Below, piece by piece: positions 17,495 to 25,161 of a stretch of DNA of 32,000 nt. The notes beneath the pieces were generated by a model. It saw only the letters and a list, made by a program, of their open reading frames with translations. It ran no database searches and was not told the DNA's origin. A program made the position numbers and the translations under genes. Source of the stretch: Pirellula sp. SH-Sr6A (GTDB taxonomy: Bacteria > Planctomycetota > Planctomycetia > Pirellulales > Pirellulaceae); contig NZ_CP011272.1 of the NCBI RefSeq assembly GCF_001610875.1, forward strand, positions 817,988 through 849,987. The letters run 5' to 3'. The number at the start of each line of letters is the position of its first letter. Position 1 is the first letter of the stretch.

Positions 17495-18481
17495 TTAACG
17501 GTCGACCGGCGGGCTTGGCCTCAATGGGCGCGAGCCAGGCGATTGGGGGCTGTCATACGCGGCGACGATTTTTCGGACGAGCGGATGACGAACGATATCT
17601 CCCTCCGATAGCCGGACAAAGCTAAGTCCGGGAATTCCACTCAGTCTCTGGACGGCGTCTCGAAGACCGCTCGTGGTACCAGGTGGCAAGTCGACTTGCG
17701 ACACATCCCCGGAAACCACGATCTTGGAGCCTTCGCCCATCCGTGTCAAAAACATCTTCATTTGCGCGACAGTGGCGTTTTGCGCCTCGTCCAATATAAC
17801 AAATGCTTGATTCAAGGTTCGGCCTCGCATGTAGGCCAACGGAATGACCTCGATGACGTTCTGCTCCATCAAGTATTTGACTTGATCGAAATCGATCATC
17901 TCGTTGATGGCATCCAGCAGCGGTCGCAAATAGGGATTGAGCTTCTCCTGGAGATCTCCCGGTAGGTACCCCAAACTTTCCCCCGCTTCGACCGCCGGCC
18001 TGACCAAAACAATTTTCCGGATGGACTTAGCCTTCAATGCTTCAACAGCCATGGCGACCGCGAGATAGGTTTTTCCACAACCGGCGGGACCGATGCAAAA
18101 GGTCATATCGTGCTGCCGTATCGCCTCCAGGTAGGCGGCCTGCCCCTCCGTTCGAGGTTTGATCCGCCTGCCGGCATTTCCAATGGCAACTTCGTTCTTG
18201 TCAAATCCTGGCGCAGTTCGTTTGTCCGTCGATCCGCCCAGTGCGTCAGCAACATCGTCGGGCCCCAATGCGCCGGTCCGAAAGACACGGTCCTTCAATC
18301 GCTCCAAAACCTCGGTGGCAATGCGTACCGACTCGCTTGGACCCGAGATGCGAATCTGTCCGTTGCGATGCGTGATCGCGACTCCCAACTGATTTCGGAC
18401 CAACCGCAGATTGTTATCGTTGGGGCCGAACAATTGAAGCGTGATGTGGGGGTCGGATAGAGTGATCGTTGATTCTGACAT
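17495..18481 (-). CDS. phoH: PhoH-family ATPase (YbeZ-like)
   Basis: It has the Walker A motif GPAGCGKTYLAVAMAVEAL, the Walker B-like VILDEAQN, and DLPPGTTSGL. The length is 328 aa. Confidence 0.9.
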   Translation of the reverse strand: MSESTITLSDPHITLQLFGPNDNNLRLVRNQLGVAITHRNGQIRISGPSESVRIATEVLERLKDRVFRTGALGPDDVADALGGSTDKRTAPGFDKNEVAIGNAGRRIKPRTEGQAAYLEAIRQHDMTFCIGPAGCGKTYLAVAMAVEALKAKSIRKIVLVRPAVEAGESLGYLPGDLQEKLNPYLRPLLDAINEMIDFDQVKYLMEQNVIEVIPLAYMRGRTLNQAFVILDEAQNATVAQMKMFLTRMGEGSKIVVSGDVSQVDLPPGTTSGLRDAVQRLSGIPGLSFVRLSEGDIVRHPLVRKIVAAYDSPQSPGSRPLRPSPPVDR

Positions 18482-18551
18482 ATGCTTTCCGGTTGAGACC
18501 GTCTCCTAGTATGGTATGCGTTCGGTCCCAACCCAGTCAAAGTGCTTTGCC

Positions 18552-19490
18552 TTAAAGCTGGGCGATCAATCCTAGGTAACCGATGTAAGAAGCCGGGAGG
18601 ACCGAATCGGTCACATCCCAAACCCCTCCCAAACCCGGAAGCAAATTGCCGCTGTCTTTGGCACCCACGCTCCGCTTGACCATCGATTCCAGCAAATCCC
18701 CTACCAAACCCGCTGTTGTCAACAGAATTGCCAACAATGCGGGGCCCCAACCGGTGAGGCCGGGCGAAACTCCCATCAAAGGTAACGCCCATCGTAGCGC
18801 CAAATATGCCGCCGCAATCGAGAAAAGATAGCCGCCGAGGAGTCCTTCCATCGTTTTCCCGGGAGATACCGAAGGGATTAGTTTGGTTTTACCGAACAGT
18901 TTACCGGAAAAGTAAGCCCCGGCGTCTGCCAGTTTTACGATCGCCAACAAGGCGATGAGCTCATAAAGCCCGCTTGACTCGCCTCGCATGCGAATCACAT
19001 GCCACAGGGATAAGCCCGAGATGACGTAGCAGATGATGACCGAAGAGAGCAACCAGCCGAGCAAGGTTCGCTGGTGCCAAGCATTCTTTTCTTCCTCGCT
19101 CGCGCTCAGTTCGGCAGGTGGACGAAAAAGGGTCAACGCATGAACACCATTCAATCCGACCCCCACCATGGAGCCGATCAAGATCCAGCCTAATCGACCG
19201 ACGGGACAATCGGTGGGATAGCTCTTTTGCATGACCACGCTATACCCGATAGGGAACAAGCCAATCAACAAAGCAATCGATGCGTGCCATGTGACCATTG
19301 GCGCCGAAACAGCCCAACGGCGGCCCAGCAAGGTGGCAAACTCCCAGACAGTCCCCAATGCGAAAAACGCTAACATCGGGATCGTCCAAAGCCCCGCTTG
19401 CCCCCTGACTTGATGATTCAAGTCCAGCCAAATCAGCCCGAGCGAAAGGCTGATCAGAACCGCTGCAGAAAAAAGCCTTCGCGATAGCAC
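18552..19490 (-). CDS. cdsA: Phosphatidate cytidylyltransferase family (CdsA-like), with a divergent signature
   Basis: This is a polytopic membrane protein. SPGKTMEG and the C-terminal SMVKRSVGAKDSGNLLPGLGGVWDVTDS resemble the CDS signature, apart from two substitutions described in findings. Confidence 0.75.
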   Translation of the reverse strand: MLSRRLFSAAVLISLSLGLIWLDLNHQVRGQAGLWTIPMLAFFALGTVWEFATLLGRRWAVSAPMVTWHASIALLIGLFPIGYSVVMQKSYPTDCPVGRLGWILIGSMVGVGLNGVHALTLFRPPAELSASEEEKNAWHQRTLLGWLLSSVIICYVISGLSLWHVIRMRGESSGLYELIALLAIVKLADAGAYFSGKLFGKTKLIPSVSPGKTMEGLLGGYLFSIAAAYLALRWALPLMGVSPGLTGWGPALLAILLTTAGLVGDLLESMVKRSVGAKDSGNLLPGLGGVWDVTDSVLPASYIGYLGLIAQL

Positions 19491-19529
19491 TGGTGGACTT
19501 TCCGAGAGAAATGCAGAACGAGAGGACTC

Positions 19530-20621
19530 TTACACGTTGAACAAGAAGTGGCAAATGTCGCCGTCCTGCATCACATACGACTTGCCCTCCGTCCTCAGTT
19601 TACCAGCTTGCCGGATATCTTTCTCGTTCCCAAAGGTTTCCAAGTCCTCGAGACGGTAAACTTCGGCTCGAATGAATCCACGCTCGAAGTCGCTGTGGAT
19701 CACTCCCGCCGCTTGGGGGGCTGTAGCTCCGATGGGGATCGTCCAAGCCCTCACTTCCTTTTCGCCTGCGGTGAAGTAACTTTGCAAACCGAGTGTTTGA
19801 TAAGCTCTTTGTGCTACCACATGCAACGCCGGCTGCGCCAATCCCACCGCCGCTAACATTTCGCTTCGGTCCGGCTCGTCCAACTCTGCGATCTCGGCCT
19901 CGAGTTTCGCGCACACGGGTACAACCTGAGCCCCGATCTTTTCCGCGAACTCGCGTACCTTTTGAACCGGTTCACTCTTCCCCTCCAAATCGTTCTCGTC
20001 CACGTTGGCGATATAGAGAATCGGTTTTGCCGTCATTAATCCGAAACTGGAAATGGCTTTCGCTTCCGCTTCCTCCAGCTTCAATTTGCGAAGCGGTTCC
20101 TCTTTGTGAAGGAACTCCAAGCAGTGCTGAATGGCCGTCGTTCGCAGCTTCGCTTCCTTGTCCCCCGTTCGAGCAGCCCGTTCCGCTTTGGGCAACGCGG
20201 CTTCGAGCGTCTCGATGTCCGCGAACATCAATTCGGTCTCAATCGTTTCGATGTCCGAAAGAGGATCGACCTTGCCTCCCACGTGAATCACATCGGGATC
20301 GGTAAAACATCGCACGACTTGAAGGATGGCATCCACCTCGCGAATGTGACTGAGGAATTTGTTCCCCAACCCCTGGCCTTCGCTCGCCCCTTTCACGATC
20401 CCCGCAATATCGACTAGCTTCAAAATCGCAGGAATAACTTTTTGCGGAACGATGTACTTGGTGATGCGTGTCAGCCGATCATCGGGAACGCTTACAATTC
20501 CTTCGTTCGGTTCGATGGTGCAGAACGGATAGTTGGCAGCTTGCGCATTCCCCGCTCCCGTCAATGCATTGAACAACGTACTCTTACCCACGTTGGGCAG
20601 TCCGACAATACCAGCTTCCAT
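19530..20621 (-). CDS. ychF: Redox-regulated ribosome-binding ATPase YchF
   Basis: The ATG at 20621 ([21 protein letters not shown]...[11 protein letters not shown]) gives 363 aa, the canonical YchF length. The C-terminal TGS-like end is ...[14 protein letters not shown]. Confidence 0.9.
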   Translation of the reverse strand: MEAGIVGLPNVGKSTLFNALTGAGNAQAANYPFCTIEPNEGIVSVPDDRLTRITKYIVPQKVIPAILKLVDIAGIVKGASEGQGLGNKFLSHIREVDAILQVVRCFTDPDVIHVGGKVDPLSDIETIETELMFADIETLEAALPKAERAARTGDKEAKLRTTAIQHCLEFLHKEEPLRKLKLEEAEAKAISSFGLMTAKPILYIANVDENDLEGKSEPVQKVREFAEKIGAQVVPVCAKLEAEIAELDEPDRSEMLAAVGLAQPALHVVAQRAYQTLGLQSYFTAGEKEVRAWTIPIGATAPQAAGVIHSDFERGFIRAEVYRLEDLETFGNEKDIRQAGKLRTEGKSYVMQDGDICHFLFNV

Positions 20622-20655
20622 AACGACTCGACCGAATAAGTTTGGATGGATTGCA

Positions 20656-20688
20656 AAAGGAAAAAAGGCAAGACCCAACGGTCTCGCC
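20656..20688 (-). terminator. Rho-independent terminator downstream of lysS
   Basis: The minus-strand RNA is GGCGAGACC-GUUG-GGUCUUGCC, a 9-bp stem with one G-U pair. It is followed by UUUUUUCCUUUU. It begins 23 nt after the lysS stop. Confidence 0.75.
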
Positions 20689-20710
20689 GTATGCGAGAAA
20701 ACTATCTTTG

Positions 20711-22297
20711 CTACGACTCGTGTCGAAGGAGCGGAAAGAGAATCACGTCCCGGATGCTCTTGGCATTCGTAAGCAACATGATCAATCGGTCGATGCCGAT
20801 GCCGAGACCTCCTGCAGGAGGCATGCCGTGTCGCAGTGCGCGTACGAAGTCATGGTCCATCTTCGCCATGGAGTCCTCTTCCGCCATTCCATCCAATTGC
20901 GTTCGGAACAAGTCCTCCTGGAGGATGGGGTCATTGAGTTCGGTGTAGGCGTTCGCCAACTCCATACCATGAATGAATAGTTCAAAGCGTTCGGCAATCT
21001 CCGGCTTGCCCGTCTTTCGCTTGGTCAACGGGCAGATGCTGGCCGGGTAATCGATAACGAAAATCGGTCCGATCAGCGCGTCTTCGACCTTCTCTTCAAA
21101 GACTTCGCTCTTCACGACATCCGGATGCTTTCCATCGGGCTGGAGTCCAATCTTCTTGGCCAGCTTCGCGATTCCCGCATCGTCATGGAAAGATAAACCG
21201 GTGTGTTCTTCGAACAGATCGCTATACGTTCGGCGTTGGAAGGGAGGAGTGAAATCGATATCGAGATCCCCCCACTTGAGCTGATAGCCTTGACCGGTCG
21301 CTTGGATTGCCTCGCAGATAATCTGCTGGGTCAAATCCATCATGGTCTCGTAATTGGCATAAGCCCAATAGAGCTCAATCATGGTGAACTCAGGGTTATG
21401 CTTTGGGCTGATCCCTTCGTTGCGGTAGACCCGGCCCATTTCATAAACCCGTTCGATGCCCCCGACCAGGAGACGCTTCAGATGAAGCTCCAGGGCGATG
21501 CGTAGGAACAACTGCATATCGAGCGCGTTGTGATGCGTTACGAACGGTTTGGCCGCAGCCCCTCCAGCAATCGTATGCAACGTCGGTCCTTCGACCTCGA
21601 CAAACTGGTGCTTGGCGAGCGTGGAACGGATGGAATGGATGATCTTCGTCCGCTTGGTAAACCGATCGAGCGACTCAGGATTGTAGGTGAGATCCACATA
21701 TCGCATGCGTTGTCGAAGCTCTGGATCTTGCAATCCCGCATGCTTCTCGGGAGGCGGCTCGAGTGTTTTGGTCATAAAGTGAAGCTTGGTCGCGAACACC
21801 GTCAACTCACCGGTGTTGGTCCGCCCCAGCCGCCCATCGATACCTACCAAATCACCGAAATCGAGGAGCTTGATCACATCCAAGTCCTCATCGCTGACCT
21901 GTCCCTTTGCCAGCAAAATCTGAATATCACCTGTCCAGTCCCGGATATTCAAAAACGAAAGCTTGCCAGCGGAACGCAACAGCAAGATTCGGCCTGCAAC
22001 GCGCACCGTAGGACCAATTTCTTCACCTGGGCCCTGCTCCCCCTTCCAAGCCTTGTAGTCGACTGGGGTGCCTGCCGCTGCTAGCTGCTCCAAGTCGGGA
22101 AGTTCGACGAGGGTTCCATCCTCCTTCCGGTACTTGACTTGATCTGCAAGCTCGCGAACACTGCGGATGAAGCTCCTCTCGTCAAAACGCTGCCCCCAGG
22201 GATCGAGCCCCAGAGCTTCTATTTTGTGGAGTTTTTCGAGCCTCGCCGCCTGATGAACGCCTAAACCGGTGTTGTCTTGTTCGCGAGAATCAGCCAT
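20711..22297 (-). CDS. lysS: Lysine--tRNA ligase, class II
   Basis: The ATG at 22297 gives MADSREQ.... There is an OB-fold region ([23 protein letters not shown]). Class II motifs are present: [23 protein letters not shown] and [14 protein letters not shown]. Confidence 0.92.
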   Translation of the reverse strand: MADSREQDNTGLGVHQAARLEKLHKIEALGLDPWGQRFDERSFIRSVRELADQVKYRKEDGTLVELPDLEQLAAAGTPVDYKAWKGEQGPGEEIGPTVRVAGRILLLRSAGKLSFLNIRDWTGDIQILLAKGQVSDEDLDVIKLLDFGDLVGIDGRLGRTNTGELTVFATKLHFMTKTLEPPPEKHAGLQDPELRQRMRYVDLTYNPESLDRFTKRTKIIHSIRSTLAKHQFVEVEGPTLHTIAGGAAAKPFVTHHNALDMQLFLRIALELHLKRLLVGGIERVYEMGRVYRNEGISPKHNPEFTMIELYWAYANYETMMDLTQQIICEAIQATGQGYQLKWGDLDIDFTPPFQRRTYSDLFEEHTGLSFHDDAGIAKLAKKIGLQPDGKHPDVVKSEVFEEKVEDALIGPIFVIDYPASICPLTKRKTGKPEIAERFELFIHGMELANAYTELNDPILQEDLFRTQLDGMAEEDSMAKMDHDFVRALRHGMPPAGGLGIGIDRLIMLLTNAKSIRDVILFPLLRHES

Positions 22298-22437
22298 GTT
22301 TCCGTAGTGGGTTAGGACAGCGTCAAACCGAGTCGCACAACGCCCCATCGGCGCCGTCGAACGGTCCAGCGATGCGTGTCCGAAGCTTGCAGCTGTCGGA
22401 GGCAGTCTGGAAAAGTCGCAAATTGTAGGGAAATCGA

Positions 22438-22896
22438 ATGGAAAACCAAGCTGTCAAACCGCCGATGGTCCTGATTGTCGAATCGGACCCACTCATGTTG
22501 ACGGGATTGGCAGCGATTCTCGATAAAAAGGGCTACCGATGTTTTTTGGCTCGGACAGTCGAAATCGCAGAACAAGCCACGCAGTCGATCGCTTTTGATC
22601 TGATCGTCTATTCCTTTGCGACCGACCCAATCGGGGCCGCCCAAGCCGTTTCGAAGTTGCGCACCACAGAACAAATGCTCGATTGCCCCGTTCTGTTTTT
22701 GGCCGACGCCTACGACCCCAAATGGATCGAACCACTCAACCTCGCCGGCGGCGTCTACTGCTTACCAAAGCCTTTCGAACCAGAAATGTTTCTCGAGCTG
22801 GTCGATAAAACCTTTTGCTTACCCCACCTGGCTGCGGCCAAGGTCGCGCCCCCCAAACCCCATTTTTCCAAAGATTGGGTTCGCCTGTCTTACTAG
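22438..22896 (+). CDS. Stand-alone receiver (REC)-like domain protein, apparently without the phospho-acceptor Asp
   Basis: The 152 aa ORF has a CheY-like pattern: MVLIVESDP..., FDLIVYSF, PVLFLADA, LPKPF. See findings for the active-site analysis. Confidence 0.65.
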   Translation: MENQAVKPPMVLIVESDPLMLTGLAAILDKKGYRCFLARTVEIAEQATQSIAFDLIVYSFATDPIGAAQAVSKLRTTEQMLDCPVLFLADAYDPKWIEPLNLAGGVYCLPKPFEPEMFLELVDKTFCLPHLAAAKVAPPKPHFSKDWVRLSY

Positions 22897-22964
22897 AGCA
22901 CCGGGATCGGTGGCTTAAACAGAATAGGTAACAGGGTTGGGCGTTTCCCCCCACCTCAGGGCAT

Positions 22965-23078
22965 AAAAAAACTGCCCGTTAGAGGCCCTCGCACAAGAGT
23001 ACGACGCTTATGGCTGCTCCACTTAAGTCCTGACCAGGTTCGCGCTTCCCCCTCGCGAGAGCCACTGACGGGCAGTAG
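22965..23078 (-). ncRNA. ffs: Signal recognition particle RNA (small bacterial 4.5S type)
   Basis: The minus-strand read is CUGCCCGUCAGUGGCUCUCGCGAGGGGGAAGCGCGAACCUGGUCAGGACUUAAGUGGAGCAGCCAUAAGCGUCGUACUCUUGUGCGAGGGCCUCUAACGGGCAG followed by UUUUUUU. The domain IV core CCUGGUCAGG...AGCAGCC parallels E. coli ACCAGGUCAGG...AGCAGCC. The long hairpin is supported by CUGCCCGU/ACGGGCAG (8 bp) and GGCUCUCGCG/UGCGAGGGCC (10 bp including G-U pairs). The ends are approximate to within about 5 nt. Confidence 0.8.
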
Positions 23079-23153
23079 CTGTTTCGAGTTGACCAATGGT
23101 ACCAAACAAGCCACCGTTCGGGTAGCTCTCGAGGTGGAATTATCTCCGACAAC

Positions 23154-24431
23154 TCAGCTGCGGACGATACGTCTCGATTTCCCCTCGCTTTTCGGCAGAC
23201 TTCCGATCGGAAGTGGGACCACCGGAATACGCAATCCTAACTGAACCTGCAACGCTTCCTCCAGCAACGTTTGCAATGGCTCGGAACTCTCGATGTCGAT
23301 GGCGACTTCATCGAGCTCCCCCCGTTTCTGAGCACGAATACGAAATTCTTCAATGCCGGGAAACTGACGGATGATCGATTCGATGGCGGTCGGAAAAACG
23401 TTCACACCGCGAACCACGAACATGTCATCGGCTCGACCTAAGATTCCACCCTCCAGTCGGACGAATTCGGTCCCCGACACGTCTCGATCCCAGACCGGCT
23501 GAACAATGTCCTGCGTGCGGTAGCGGAGGACCGGTGCGCCAGCCCTACCCAACGAGGTGATCACCAGTTCACGCCACCTGGGATCGGCGTTGGTTATCGA
23601 TGAGTCCAAAGGCAAAAACTCGGCAATGAACTCGGATTCGATGACATGCAGTCCCTTGCCGTCCGCTGTACCAAATCCCCAAGGTCCAATCTCCGTCGCC
23701 CCCGCATGGTCCATCACTTGAGCTCCGTAAAGCTCTTCTAGCTGGGCTCGCACCGAAGGAATCGAGCCCCCAGGCTCTCCGGCAACAAAGACCGTTCGAA
23801 TGGAACTCTCTCGCAACGAAATCCCTCGCTGCGCCGCTTCCTGCGCTAAGTGCAATGCGTAGCTAGGCGTTCCGAATAAAACCGTGGGTGATGCGGTTCG
23901 AATCAAGTCGATGCGGGCCAATGTGGATAAACCACCCGACGGTATGACCAAACATTCTCTCTGCAAACAAGCATCATGGGCGGACCAAAATCCAATGAAC
24001 GGACCGAACGAAAAAGCCATCAAGATGCGATCGTCGGAATTAATCGAACAAGCATCCAAGACGTATTGCCACGTGGATGTCCACCAATCCCAATCCTCCG
24101 CTGTGTCGAGAATCACCATTGGACGACCGCGGGTCCCACTGGTTCGGTGATAACGCCGGTACCGGTTGGGTGAGTGCGAATGATGTCGCGCGATCCCATC
24201 GATCCCGTCCGATTGCCACTCGGATTTGGTCGACGTAGGGAATTGGCTCCATTGCTCCAACGACTCCAACTGCAAATGCGAAATGCCAAACCGCTCCTGG
24301 TAGTGACGATTAAAAGGCAAGGTTTTCGCAAGCAACTGATTGAGTCGTTCCAGCTGGTATTGCTGCAGTTCCTCGCGAGAAACGGATTGAATGGAACGGC
24401 GAAAAGGGTCCGCAGGAAGTCGTGTTGTCAT
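23154..24431 (-). CDS. Phenylacetate-CoA ligase / coenzyme F390 synthetase family adenylate-forming enzyme (PaaK-like, COG1541)
   Basis: The 425 aa ORF has the P-loop-like RTSGTRGRP (compare TSGTTGKP), then FGTPSY, VFVAGEPG, YGATEIG-like (HAGATEIGPWGF), and the C-terminal RADDMFVVRGVNVFPTAIE. This is the PaaK-type short ANL architecture. Confidence 0.8.
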   Translation of the reverse strand: MTTRLPADPFRRSIQSVSREELQQYQLERLNQLLAKTLPFNRHYQERFGISHLQLESLEQWSQFPTSTKSEWQSDGIDGIARHHSHSPNRYRRYHRTSGTRGRPMVILDTAEDWDWWTSTWQYVLDACSINSDDRILMAFSFGPFIGFWSAHDACLQRECLVIPSGGLSTLARIDLIRTASPTVLFGTPSYALHLAQEAAQRGISLRESSIRTVFVAGEPGGSIPSVRAQLEELYGAQVMDHAGATEIGPWGFGTADGKGLHVIESEFIAEFLPLDSSITNADPRWRELVITSLGRAGAPVLRYRTQDIVQPVWDRDVSGTEFVRLEGGILGRADDMFVVRGVNVFPTAIESIIRQFPGIEEFRIRAQKRGELDEVAIDIESSEPLQTLLEEALQVQLGLRIPVVPLPIGSLPKSEGKSRRIVRS

Positions 24432-24487
24432 CCGAAAGTTGGAAAGTGTGGGCTTTGACCCGTCCGGTCCAAAGCTAAACTGGAGCG

Positions 24488-25099
24488 ATGATTATCGAAG
24501 GCATTATAACGACAGAAAACGCGGACGGTTCGATGCACGTTGCTCCCATCGGACCACACGTCGATCGCGAGCTTCAGTCTTGGAGTGTCAAACCGTTTCA
24601 AACGTCAACAACCTTCCAGAACTTGATTCGCACCAACCGCGCGATATTCCATGTGACGGATGATGCATTGCTCATGGCTGCGTCGGTCTTAGGGATCGGC
24701 AATACTCCCAGCCCAGAAGTATTGCCACCTACACGGCAACAGCATTGGTCGGATCGGATCCAACAGCGTCGCGCATCAAAATGGGTGCACGAGAAAGGCT
24801 GGGTGCTCGAGCAAGCGTGCCGTGCCTTCGCACTTCGAGCGGAACGATGGGATGTGTCGGCTCCCCGCGCCCATGCCGATTGTTCCGTGGTGCATTCCTG
24901 GGAACTGCGCCCTTTTTGGGGATGGAATCGGGCGAAGCATAGCATCCTCGAACTGGCGATCCTGGTCAGTCGCCGACAGTGGTTGCCCCCGAACGAATGG
25001 CAATCGGAATGCGACCGTCATCGCGTCTTCATCGATAAGACAGCCGGGGAGGAAGAGCATGAGGCGTTGGAGTTGCTGCAAGAGGCGATGTCGACATAA
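24488..25099 (+). CDS. DUF447-like (FMN-binding split-barrel-like) protein
   Basis: The 203 aa ORF follows GGAG. The N-terminus MIIEGIITTENADGSMHVAPIGPHV matches my recollection of the DUF447 head (M-I-x-E-x-I-x-T-T...APxG). The family call is from memory and is not verified. Confidence 0.45.
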   Translation: MIIEGIITTENADGSMHVAPIGPHVDRELQSWSVKPFQTSTTFQNLIRTNRAIFHVTDDALLMAASVLGIGNTPSPEVLPPTRQQHWSDRIQQRRASKWVHEKGWVLEQACRAFALRAERWDVSAPRAHADCSVVHSWELRPFWGWNRAKHSILELAILVSRRQWLPPNEWQSECDRHRVFIDKTAGEEEHEALELLQEAMST

Positions 25100-25104
25100 T
25101 GGCC

Positions 25105-25136
25105 ACCGGGCAATTTGACTACCGGGCAATTTGACT
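25105..25136. repeat. Perfect tandem duplication of the 16-mer ACCGGGCAATTTGACT
   Basis: Copies at 25105-25120 and 25121-25136 are identical. They lie in the 62-bp spacer between the DUF447-like stop (25099) and the Hsp70-like start (25162). Each copy contains TTGACT, which resembles a -35 element. Confidence 0.95.
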
Positions 25137-25161
25137 ATACCACCCCATAAGGTCCTACGGC

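Noticed and set aside
20622-20678. Longer YchF start ([19 protein letters not shown]...) at 20678
   Set aside because: The extension would run through the lysS terminator hairpin and has no counterpart in YchF proteins. The ATG at 20621 gives the canonical 363 aa protein, beginning just before the G1 motif.
22899-22917. Short hairpin CACCG-GGAT-CGGTG after the receiver-domain gene, considered as a possible terminator
   Set aside because: The stem is 5 bp and no T-run follows. The nearby strong stem plus U7 belongs to the SRP RNA on the opposite strand.
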